DNA of 64,000 nt from positions 157,263 through 221,262 of the forward strand of contig JAWQFM010000014.1 in the NCBI GenBank assembly GCA_033442325.1, read 5' to 3'. The stretch's first letter is position 1. Every line of letters starts with the position of its first letter. The notes beneath the pieces were generated by a model. That model made no database searches, was not told where the DNA came from, and saw only the letters and a program-made list of their open reading frames with translations. This document shows, one piece after another, positions 42,462 through 59,536 of this stretch. The position numbers were made by a program, and so were the translations under genes. The stretch is from Salpingoeca rosetta (taxonomy: Eukaryota; Protista; Choanoflagellata).

Positions 42462-43305
42462 TTATTGTGGTGGGCGATAGACGAGGCAGTCAATGGTGCC
42501 CTTTGGTGCTGTCAGATACAACATCTTCACCACGTCGTCCACAGGCATGCGCCCAACAGGCACACCTGCAAACACAAAGAGGATAGTGGTGGTGGTGATG
42601 GACATACAGGTGAGACAAGCAGCAGAGGAATACACCAGTCCGCCCACGTCACATGGTGCAATGCATTAGCTTCTTACCGTTGAGCTGCACAAAGCGATCG
42701 CCAACTTGCAGGCCGGGACAGAGCGAGTTGTCCGTGACAGATGCCACGACGCAGTGGGTGTGCTTGCCTTCAAACACCTCCTCCATGTCAAAGCCAAACC
42801 CAGAGGAGGGGCTGCGTGTAATCTGAACACACCACGTTGCAGCACATACGATGCGGCAGGGCAAGGGGAAGGTTTCAGTGAGCACGTTGCTGTGGCAGAA
42901 ATGAAGCAGCGCAACACGACATAGCACTGACACAACACGACACTACACAGCACAAACGCAACACAAACGCAACACAAACACAGCGCAGCAGACGAGACGG
43001 GGGTGGCGCTGGTCACGACCTTGACGGTGATGGTGTGTGGCCCAGTCGGTTCTTCGTGATCGCGTTCGCGCTGAAACGCCAGCATCCATCCTCGCTTCTC
43101 CTCTGCCGTCTTTGCGTAAAGCGTGTACCACTTGTTCTGCAACGCAACGCAACGCAACGCAACGCGCACGCACACGTGGCAGCAGGGTGACACGCGTGAG
43201 CAACGTCACTGCTACCATACCACCAATGCACACAAACACCACTTGCGAGCGATACTGAACACCGCTTCCTTCCTTCAAGGAAAGGGGTTGGGGTTGGGGT
43301 CATCC

Positions 43306-43402
<97 letters not shown>

Positions 43403-43867
43403 TCTTAACGTTGTTGATCTCCCATGCGTGGTTCAGCATCATACCGTCATGTTTCATTGCGCCATCAGGCAAATCTAAAGACACGCACGCAGTTGCATAT
43501 GAGAACGAGTAACGGGAGCTCACAAGCACACACACACACACACACACACGCACACACACGCACACGCACACACACACGCGCAATGCTTGTGGTAGTTGCG
43601 CAGCTAGCTCACCTCGAATGTGGACATCACGCAGGTCGAGTGTTCCTTTGACCTCCAGCTTGCCTTTCTCGCGCTTGCAATACACTGAGCAATGGTTCAG
43701 AGTACACAGTGAAGTTCATGTTGTGCATGTGCACGCGTGTGCGTGAGAAACGGCACTGCATCGGTTCACACAACCAATCAAAGTTGCAACTCAGCACAGA
43801 AACAGGCAAGACCAACAAGAGACTGACAGACACGAGCACAGACCCAACCCCAACCTGACAAGCACTG

Positions 43868-43919
<52 letters not shown>

Positions 43920-46175
43920 ACACACACACAAACAACAACAAGTACACGTCAGCAGCCTTGTGTTCACGCACCAAGGAGGCGATCGAAGAGGAAGAACCAG
44001 CGGCATTGCGCTTTGCCCTTTGAAATCTTCATCAGCTGGCCATGATGCAACAGCACAAGCCGACTCGACTGACCGGATGAGCCTGGCAACAAAAACAAGT
44101 CACACGTGTGCGCACAATAAGCAGCAGCGCACCATGTAATCGCGATCAACAACGCTGACAAACAACGACAGCAGACAACACCCACTTCATCGCTATCACA
44201 TCAGCGCAATAACAGCCATCAGCACAACAAGCACCATCACCGTCACCATCATCAGCATCACGGAAACGCACTCTTCCACGATTTGAGCTGTGGCCGCAGG
44301 TGCAAGAGGTCGTCAGCGAGGCGTGCAACGGGGTCCTTCGTCAGCAGCATGCGCGATTCAAGCGTGTTGCGCCGCCTGCGTGCTGTCGATACAGACAGCG
44401 TGCGGTGGTTCCGTCCTCCCTGTGCATCTCCGCTGATAGTTGGTCCGTTTGCTCCCAATCGCACAAAGCCTTGCACACATAAACGACAAGGCAGCCAAGC
44501 AGTGACGCGCGTGTGTGTGTGTATTCAGTGTGAGGGGAGGTAAACGATAGAACGCACGCGAGTGCGATCTGAACACGCTTGTTGATGGATGTGAACACAT
44601 GCCCGATGATGCTTACTTCCACGCCGCGGAATGTCGTGTGCCGTGGCCGTCTGTCCACCACACACAGTGTGAAAACAAGATGATGAGTGAGCTAGCGAGG
44701 GGACAAGGCATGTGAAGCAGGCAAGCGCCACCACATGGCTCGTGAAAGCTAAACCAACAGCAACAACAGCCACAAGAACAACAACAGTAGCAGAAAGAGC
44801 AATAGCAACAAGGCCAACAATGCTACTCCCGTCCACTCCGTACATGTGATCGTCGTTTCTTGGAAGCGGCGCGGGCCGTGTTGCCGCCAGGTGCACCTGC
44901 AGCGATTGCAAAAAAACTCGTCACTTTCCGTTCTTGGTGCTATCTCAACATGGGGGAAACACGCCGCGTACACATGTACACATACAATGCACACTGCACG
45001 CAAGCACGCATGCACACACACAACATGCACAAACATACACCCCCGCACACCCTGTACCTGGTGGGGGCGGAGCCTTCCTGAGGGGATGGCTGCCTGCTGC
45101 TTGCTGTTGGTGCTGCTGTTGAGGTTGTGCCGGTGGCGGCTGTTGTGGCGCCGATTGAGGCGATGAGGCCGTTGGTGGCGGTGCTGGCGGTGCGTGTGGT
45201 GGAGCGCGATGGTGGTGTGGATGGTGCGCAATTCCAAGCCGTTGCTGCTGCTGCTGCGGTCGTGGTACCTCAACACCTGCCTGCTGGAGCTGATGGTGGT
45301 GATGTGGGAGTTCGTCGCCGGGGCGTGGCCCCACGTGGCGTGGCGGGCGTTTGGCTGCTGCCTGTGGCGGATTGTGTGGGCGGTGCGGCACGTGTTGTCC
45401 AGTCGGGTGGTGTGCAGGAGCAGGCGGCGTGGCAGGGTGCTGCGGTGGCGGTGGCGGCGGTGGCGTGAAGATGGGCACTTGATCCGTTGGTGGTGGTGGC
45501 ATTGGCAGATCCACAGCGCCGCCGTCTTCGGCCAGGGGCGGCGGCGGTGGAAGTGAGATGGATGCAAGCTGCTCCTGCTGCTCGTGTGATTGATGTGCTG
45601 CATTGATGCCATCACCCCGTTGTGCCGGTGGTGGCGGCGGCGGCAGCGAGTCCAAGTCCTCATCAGCACTCGATTGATCTGCTGGTGGCGGCGGCGGTGG
45701 AGGAATGTTGATAATGGATGTAGGGGTCGGCGCCACGGTGGGCGTGGCTGTTGGCGCTGTCCCCACTGTGCCTGCAGGCATCGTAACCGAGGATGATGCG
45801 GGTGTGTCGCTGTCGCCGGCTTGTCGAACATCCGCTCCAACCTCTTTTTGTGCCCGCCCAGCCAGCTTTGCTCTCAGCTCAGCCATGGGATCACCCACAC
45901 GCGCCACAGTTTCCTGCCGATGCTGCTGTGGCGCTGTTGTCCGGGGTGTGGTGGTCGTTTCCGGACCAACACCATCATCAGCCGGTGGCGGTGGCGGCGG
46001 CAGCGAGATGTCTACTGCAGCCTGCTGACTTAAAGTGGTTGTTGACGATGGTTGCGGTGGTGGTGGAGGCACATGAAACGTCATCTCTGGTTGTTGTTGT
46101 TGGTGTTGTTGTTGTTGGTGTTGTTGCTGTTGGTGTTGTTGTTGTTGGTGTTGTTGTTGTTGGTGTTGTTGTTGG

Positions 46176-46212
<37 letters not shown>

Positions 46213-47343
46213 GCGAGTCGTCTGCATCAATCACGGATTCGGGCACCTCGTGGTTGAACTGTTTCACGACGCCCGTGGATGTGCGCGACCTAAACTCGCC
46301 TTGCTGTGCTTGCCCGTGCGCCGAAGGCATTGTCGCCGCAGCTGCGTCTGTGTCAATGTCACCATGTGCATCGTTCATGTCAATTCCAAGAGTGTAGTGG
46401 TACGACGCCGTGTTGAGGGGCCGCGTGGTTTCTCGCTTGGGCAGCTGTGGCGGCACGTCACCACCCTGTTGTTCAAGAACAGCATCGATGCTTCCACCAG
46501 TGCTGCCATCCCCGGACTGTCGACTTGGGTCCCCGCTTCCATCTGCCGCGGACCCGCGTTGCGATGCCCCGATTCGCTCCACATACGTGCTGGGGAAATG
46601 CCCAATGCGCCCTGTCCGCGTGGTACAACCGCGCGTGTGATGAGTTGGGACGTGTTTGGGTTACTGCGATCGGTTGAATAGCGGGAGAGAGCAGAGCAAG
46701 ACAGAACGTGACGCTCGAACATGAAACACACACACACACACACGCACACGCACACACACACGCGCGCGCACGATCAAAATGCATACGCACACTCGTGCGC
46801 CTACACACAGAGCGCAGCGCAGCAAATCAGAGAGATGTGGCATGTGGTCTTGTGGTGCAAGGTGTTCAACGCACCGTCAAGCACGCCTGTCCACCAGTCC
46901 TTGGATGCAGGCCCAGACACCACACGGACAACGTCGCCCTGTTGGAACTCTAGCTCATCTGCCGCCTCGGCAGTAAACGCATACAGCGCACGTGCAAAGA
47001 AGGACTCCTGCAGGACAACCAACAATCATGGATGCACAGCCACACGCATAAGGAGAAAGTAACGTGAGCATGTGATGCGCAGTCAAGAAAAGGCAGTCCA
47101 TGTTCACGCCCGTACCCACACGCACGCATACACCACTGCTATCGGGTTGCAAGGCCACAGTCGCACCTCCAGCGAGGCTTCTTTGTCCACTGTTTCGACC
47201 TCTGCAGCTGAAGGTTGCAGCTGTGCCTGGGAAGCGTGGGCGTCGTCAGTCGTGCTGACTGGAAAAGTTTGAGTTGGATAAAACGCCTCGTCATCGCCAT
47301 CATCGCTGTCGTCCGTGTCGTCGTCATCCTCATCATACGTGCG

Positions 47344-47402
<59 letters not shown>

Positions 47403-48123
47403 GCTGCTGCTGTTGTTCATCTTGCGAAGGAGGAGGGGGCGCGGGAAGGTCAATAGTCACGGCATTCGTGCCTGCAGGCAACGCAACTGGTTGTGGCACA
47501 TGTCCATTTGGCTGAGAGTGCAATTGCGCCGGCTGATGTTCACCAGTTGAATTTGTGACAACTGTGCCGTTCGCTACCCCCTTGTCCTGCACAGCAGCTT
47601 GCGGGAGAGCCTGACTCTGCGGTGTTTCACGGTGTGGTCGGTCCTCTTGGCCGGGTTCCACCTGCTCTTCTTCCTGCTGCTGGTGCTGCTGCTGGTGCTG
47701 TTGCGGCTGGCTTTGGGCTTCTTGCTGTGCGTGGTGGTTCGCGTGCTGTTGCCCCACTTCATCATCACCACCACCACCACCACCACCACCACCACAGTCG
47801 GCGTCATCACCCTCATCACCGTCATCACCACCCTCGCTACCTTCACCAACACCGCCGCCGCCATCATCGCCCTGTTTCCCCTTAAAGTGCTGCTGTTTTG
47901 GTTGTCGCTGCTCCGCGTCCTTTGCCTGTTCGTTCTTCTCCTCATTTTGGTGTTTCAAGGGCTTCAGCCACGACGAGGGCACCCAGTGCGGCGAGCTATC
48001 GTAGGTCACGAGCGACCACCCGCTCGAGCTTGCTTCGCTCACGTGCACCTTTGCACCGGCCGGCAGGACGGCACCTGCCGTGGTCGTGTACTCCGCCAAC
48101 AGCTGATGGTCTGCAGCCACCAT
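42462..48123 (-). CDS. Adaptor protein: SH3-like, SH3, polyproline, PH (P-Rex/Asef type), PDZ
   Basis: Approximate exons: 48123-47167, 47007-46875, 46611-45058, 44896-44844, ~44650-44617, ~44469-44271, 44082-43972, 43684-43613, 43474-43401, 43136-43020, 42822-42678, 42565-42462. SH3: [107 protein letters not shown]. Confidence 0.82.
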
Positions 48124-48783
48124 TTCCCTTTCCCCCCCAAACACAAACAAGAGATATGAGCAAGGAGGAGGTTCGTTGGGTTGCTTGGTGTTGTTTTGGT
48201 TGTATTCCTGTTTATGTCTTGCAGCAAATTTCTACAACCTCGGCTTGTCGGTGCTTCTTGGCATTTTGGTTGCTTGCTGTGGGTGTTGTTGCGGCTGGCC
48301 CATGGCTCATGATGACGACGGATGCTCATGCACACAAGAAGACATGGTGTTACATTACTGTCGCGCGTTTCTTGGCCCTCACCCCAACCTGGCGCACTTC
48401 CACACAGCCCCCCTCCCCAACTGGGCGCTGCACTTGCTCAACTCTGTGGTGTCTGTTCACTTGGCAATATTTCTACAGCGGGTCAGCCAAACAAAAGCAA
48501 GAATAACGATACAGCACCACGCGTGTATGTGCACGTGTGTGTGTGTGTGAGCAAGCAAGGACCCGTGCGAGAGTGCAAAGTAACATGGTGCACACGCTGG
48601 GAGAAAAGAAGACGCACAATAGCAAAAACACGGCCGGGCGTTGTATCAACACAAATGCAAGCAACGCAAGCAATGCAAGCAACGCAAGCAACGCCACAGC
48701 CACAACCGCACACATATACACACACACGCAATGGTTGGCATGGCGCCAAACACAACGCAGACACATGATAACAACGCCCAGTG

Positions 48784-53417
<4,634 letters not shown>

Positions 53418-53999
53418 CGTGTCGGTCAATGTGTGTGTGTTGTGGTTGGGTGTCTTGTTGCTCGTTGAAGCCGGTGTGCAGTTTATGGTGTTTGGACCGG
53501 TCCCCCCTCATTCTGATCACGACGCGAGCAGTGGTTCGCAAGCGACACGTACGGTGCGATGGCGTCGGTGCAACAGGAGCCCCAGAAGATGGGAGGCGGC
53601 AGCGCCCGCACGAGCAGCTGCCCAGATGTGATCGACTGCTTGTGTGCAGACACGCAGTCCATCACCACTGCCATGGCAGATTCCATTGTGGACGCAGTCC
53701 CGCCACACCACAACATTATTGGTGCGTGTGTGAGTGCAGTGTAGTGCCAGTGTGTGTCGGTGTGAGTTTGTGAGTGAATGTGTTGTGTCAATGTGTGAGC
53801 ATGTGTGTCGGTGTGTGAATGTGTGAATGTGTGAATGTGTGTGTGTGTGTGAGTGTGTGTGTGTGTGTGAGTGAGTGCGGATGTGTTAATGTTTTTGTTA
53901 GTGTGTGCGGATGTATATGAGTGAGTGCTAGTGTGTGAAAGTGCCACTCTATGTTGTTGCCTCAACCGTTGTTCCCACCCAACACACGCGCACACACAT

Positions 54000-54819
54000 A
54001 TGGCAGAGCATCAAGAGTCTGTGGACATGGTGGTCTTCATCTGCCGCGTGCTCCACCGCGCATCGCCAGAGGTGCGTACGTGAAACGATTGGGAGGGCGT
54101 GCATGCGTCGTTGGGTGTGAAATCAAATCCTGAACAACAAATGGTCTACCAAATACAAGCACCGATCTCACGCTCAATGCTGGCGTTTGCACCCAACGCT
54201 CTCATGTACAGAAACACCAACACGTGGCTCTGTATCTGCAAGACGTCATGCAGGACATCTGCATGTCCTCCGGCACAGGTACAGACAGCGCGTGTGTGTG
54301 CGTGTGTGGGAGTATGTGACGCGTGTGTATCTGAGTGTATGTGTTGTTGTGTGTTGTTGTGTGCCATAGCCTCATTTGACAATCGTCGCTGTTTGGGTCA
54401 CGTCAGGGGCGCCAGTGCAGCGCACGGTGAAGCGGATCTGCGGCGCTGTCCTGAGTGCCGTACACGAGGAAGGCCTTCAAGCGAAGCGGGATATGTATTC
54501 CGTCATGTCCACGCCGCTGCACACCGCCATGCAGCGCGTTCGCAGCTTTTCCCACCACCTCACGTCCATGCCTCCATCAGATGGTGCTCTGCTCTGCTCT
54601 GCTCTGCTTGCGTGCTGTGTGCGTGCGTGCTGTGTGTGTGTGCGTGTGTGTGTGTGCTTGTGTATGTATGCGTGTGCGTGTGTGTGCGTGTGTGTGTGTG
54701 CGTGTGTGTGTGTGCGTGTGTGCTGTGCCGTGCTCGTCTCTGCTTGCGTGCTTGCGTGCTGTGTGTGTGTGTGTTGTACCGTGCTCTTCTCTGCTTGCGT
54801 GCATGTGTGCTCTCTCTCC

Positions 54820-54870
<51 letters not shown>

Positions 54871-55947
54871 GCTCTGTGTCAGATGGGAACATCTGCCCGG
54901 TAGCTCTGACCAGCGTGCTCAAACACACCTCACATGACCACGTGTGCTGCTTCTGCTGCAGTTGTTGTTCTGAAGCAAGACCTGGACGTGATCATGGGCA
55001 TATGTGACGCCCTGGCCGATGCAAACCAACTCAAACCGGTTCGTTGTCCTCCAATGTGGCTCATATTGGGTGCTGCGTGGCCCGCCGCTGGAGCGAAATG
55101 CTCCGGGTTTGTTGGTGTTCTGCGTGCTGGTCGCGGTTGATGTCTGCACATGTGTCGCCTGTCACTTCGTCTCACCTCCCACAAACATTTCCTGAAATAC
55201 TTGCGTGCATGTGTGCATGTGCGTATTTGGGGTTGCGCGTTTGTGCGTACGTACGTGCTGCTGTGCATGTATGCGTGGATGTGTACATATGTGTGTGTGT
55301 GCGTGTTTAGGAGTTGCAAGCGCATTTCCGGGAGCTCTATCTTGACAGCGAGCTCGTGCACCAGCTGCCACACGTCGTGCGTGACCTGGCTGCAGCAGAG
55401 AGCAAGGTATCGGCAACTGTGCTGGTGCACCACCTTGCATGATGTGTACTCTGTTGTCTTGAATGATATCACTCTGCAAACAATGCACACACGCCTGTTT
55501 ACTTTCTCACACGTTTGTTTGCGCTCATTTGTGCATTTGCACACTTTCTTGCACACGTGTGTGTTGTGTGTGTTGTGTGTGTTGTGTGTGTGTTGTGTGT
55601 GTTGTGTGTGTTGTGTGTGTGTGTGTGTTGTGTTGTGTGTGTGTGTGTTGTGTTGTGTGTGTGTGTGTGTGCGCGCGCTCCAGGTTGGGCGGGCGTGTGC
55701 TGCACAGCTGTACGCGTCCATCCTCTCTGCGCTTCTCTCCGTCTTTGCACTCGTTGAGGCCGAAAACGCATTTGTGCACACCAGCAACATGGAGGATGAC
55801 AGGTGCTGCCACGCCAGCGGTTGTTGGTTGCGTGGTTACGCGCTTGCAATTATGCGTGTTTTGGGCATGGGGCATGGTGCTGGCAAACCACAACGCACTC
55901 AACACACACCTTTTGATACTCACTTCATGCACACACACACACACACC

Positions 55948-55996
<49 letters not shown>

Positions 55997-57284
55997 TCAC
56001 ACCACACACACACACACACACAACACGAATGCGCGTGTTCAGATGTGCGCACTTGTTTGGGCTGGTGTCGCAGTGGCACGAGGATTTGAGCCGGACGCTG
56101 TTTGAGGACCAGCCAGCAGACACAGGTCAGCGAGCGGTGGAGGAGGGGGTGGTGGTAGTGTGGTGGTGATGTGATGATGAGCGTGCCATTGTGGTGCGTG
56201 AACGTGTGCGCACGCACACGTGCATGCTAGCACAACATACCGAAACCAGCAAAGCGTCACCCTCACCCCAATTCACGTCCATTTCACACGTCTTTGGTGC
56301 ATATGTGTGTGTGTGTGTGTTCTCAGCGTCGCCGCACGACCCCGTGTGGGTGATTCGGCAGGTGTCGCTGCTGGTGCAGCTGCTCGCCCTCTGCGCACAG
56401 ACCGACGACGACATCATCCCACACGTGGTGCGCTGGCATGCGATGTTGCACCCCGTCCTCATCACCCCTGCACACGCCCCAACTCACATCACCCACCGTG
56501 CCCGTCTCTCACTCTTTGTTTGTTTTGTTTCTCGAGCTTGCCCAACGTCGTGCGCTGCCGCTCAGAGGCACACCTACGCTCACATCATGAAAAACACGCA
56601 TCATCAAACACACACCACCCCTCCTCCCACATGCTCAAATTCCCACGACCCCTCTTCGCCCGCGGCTCCAGCGCAAGTGGTGCGTGCTGCTGTCTGAGGG
56701 AGACGGCATCAAGCACTTCCTGCCGCTGTATCAGGCGTATGCAAAGGCGCTCACCACCGCTGCCATCCGCTTCAGCAGCCAGCACAGGCCCGCACTCGAC
56801 GTGAGCACACCACGCTCGCTTGGTCGTGTCAATGCACTTGTGTTGAGGGTTTTTTTTTTTTTTTGGGGGGGGGGGGTTGTGTTGAGGTGTTTGTGCAGTG
56901 CGTCGGTTTGTTTTGTGTGATTTTTCTCTTTGCATGTGTGTGCATGCAAGTGTGTGTGTGTGCACATATGCTTTCCCGTTCCTTCTGTTCATCATGCCAC
57001 GTCATTTGTTGCAGGCGCTCAAGCGGTGCTTGACGGCCCCAAGTCCCCTGCTCTCGTTTCAAGCAAAGGTGCGCGTGGTTTGTGTCTTGTGTGCAAGCGT
57101 CATTTGCGTCGAATGTCATTCATCTATGGGTACAGATGTGCTGATGTCGACACTGCGCGCGCGCTCTCTCTCTCACTCACACACACACACAAACACCGCA
57201 GATGCTGAAGAAGACATCAGATGCAATATATGCACCGCACGACGCAAGCGAACTCAAGACGACCGTGCTGTCCTCCTGCGTTCG

Positions 57285-57374
<90 letters not shown>

Positions 57375-59499
57375 GCACGCACGCAAGCACACACACGCAC
57401 GCACGCAAGCACACACGCACGCACATGTGCTCATGCTTCAATCCTAACGTACTGGCCAGTGGCTCCAAGCTACCCCCCCCCCACAATGCCCTCACCACCA
57501 CCACCGCCACCACCACCACCGTCATCTGTTGCATCATCACCGCGTGCTGCACATGTCCGACAGGGTGCTGAAGGCGATGGCAGCAGACAAGCCAGACGCC
57601 CTCTCCGCTTTTGTCTCGTCCATCAACCTCAGCGTGTCCCATCCAAGTGCGTCACACACACACATACACCCGCACAAACACCCGCAAACACGCACACACA
57701 CACATACACAGACACTACTGCTGTTATCTGCTGCTACGCACGAATCACTCACACGCCACCCATGCCTGACGTTCCTCCCATGTGCCTTCTTCCCTTCTTC
57801 CCACTGTCTGCACCTGCGCGCCTTTCGTTGTGTTCAGGTGTGCACATGCGGGACGCGATTGTGTACAATTCTGTTGAGCTGCTGGCGCGCATTGCAGAGG
57901 AGACCGCTGCCGGCGATCCAACAACCGTCTCCCTCATCATCGCCATGCTCTACCAGGTGCACACAGCCACCGCCTCGCTTGCTCGCTGGGCATTGCGGTC
58001 ATTGTACCATGTCATGCGTTGCTGCCTCGCCCTCGTGTGCCCCAGTCACGCGTCTCACCCTTCACGTTCCCATCACCAATGCGGCTGCTCCGCCACGACG
58101 ACGACGACGACGATGACGACGACGACGATGACCACCGCCACCACCACCACCTACCACTCTCACCATCGTCACTTAACCCCCTTCCCTCTCCGCTCCACCG
58201 CCGCTGCCGCCGCGACTGCGCGCGCGCGTGTGTACAGCGGCTCGGGTTTCCTGCTTCGATCGTGGATGTGTCGATTGTCGAGCGTCTTGGCGGCCTCGCC
58301 GTCATCAGCACCACCAACATCTTCGATTCCGTCATGGACATGATGTTCCAGGTCCGCCCGCACACCGCGTGCCATGTGCTCCCGTGGCCCACGTGGAGGT
58401 GGTTGAAGTGTCGTGTGTGTTATTTGTTGTGTGTATTGTAGGAGGTGGTTGGTTGTGTTCATCGTTGATGTGTTTCTTTATTGTTTTGCCGTCAGGCAAA
58501 TCCGTGCTTCTTGTTGCCTGTGCGAGGCATATTGACGTTGACTTGTCTTGGTCATTGTTGTGCTTGCGCTCACATATGCGTTTTCAACCATTATTCAGCT
58601 GTATTTGAAAGTGGCGGCACCAAAGTACGATCCAGACGCGGATTCGCAGGAGCAGGCGCAGTTTGAGTTTATCGGCGAAAACGTCATATCTACAGTGGGT
58701 TACAGCTGCGTTTGCTGTGATGGTGGGGCTGACTGGCCTCGTGTTGTGGTTGTACTGGTTTGTGGTGCCGGCTGGAGGTGTACGGCAGAGCCATACATTT
58801 CTTGGTATCCCTTCTTTCACACAGCGCTCACTCGACACACACACACACACACATCTCTCACATCGCATGGCATGTCATCAGAGCATGAGTGCGATGGCGG
58901 GACATCCAGACTGCCTGCAGGCAAGCACGACGTTCCTGGAGAAGATGCTTGTCCTCTTCAACAGACTCGGTACTGCACATGGGATCCCATCATGGCGTGG
59001 AACATCGAGCACACACACATGCATACATACATACATACACACATACATACATACATACATACATACATACATACATACATACACACATACATACATACAT
59101 ACATACATACATACATACATACATACACACACACATACACACATACATACATACATACATACATACATACATACATACATACATACATACATACATACAT
59201 ACATACATACATACATACATACATACATACATACATACATACATACATACACACATACATACATACATACATACATACATACATACATACATACATACAT
59301 ACATACATACATACATACATACATACATACATACATACATACATACATACATACATACATACATACATACATACATACATACATACATACATACATACAT
59401 ACATACATACATACATACATACATACATACATACATACATACATACATACATACATACACACTCACTCACACGCGCTCACACACGCACGCGCGCGCATG

Positions 59500-59536
<37 letters not shown>

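Noticed and set aside
48124-48783. Possible splice joining the triple-C2 gene to the SH3-PH-PDZ gene as one giant gene
   Set aside because: The C2 gene has a clean in-frame stop at 48784 and the next gene has its own ATG at 48123. I found no convincing phase-compatible link, though cDNA would be needed to exclude it.
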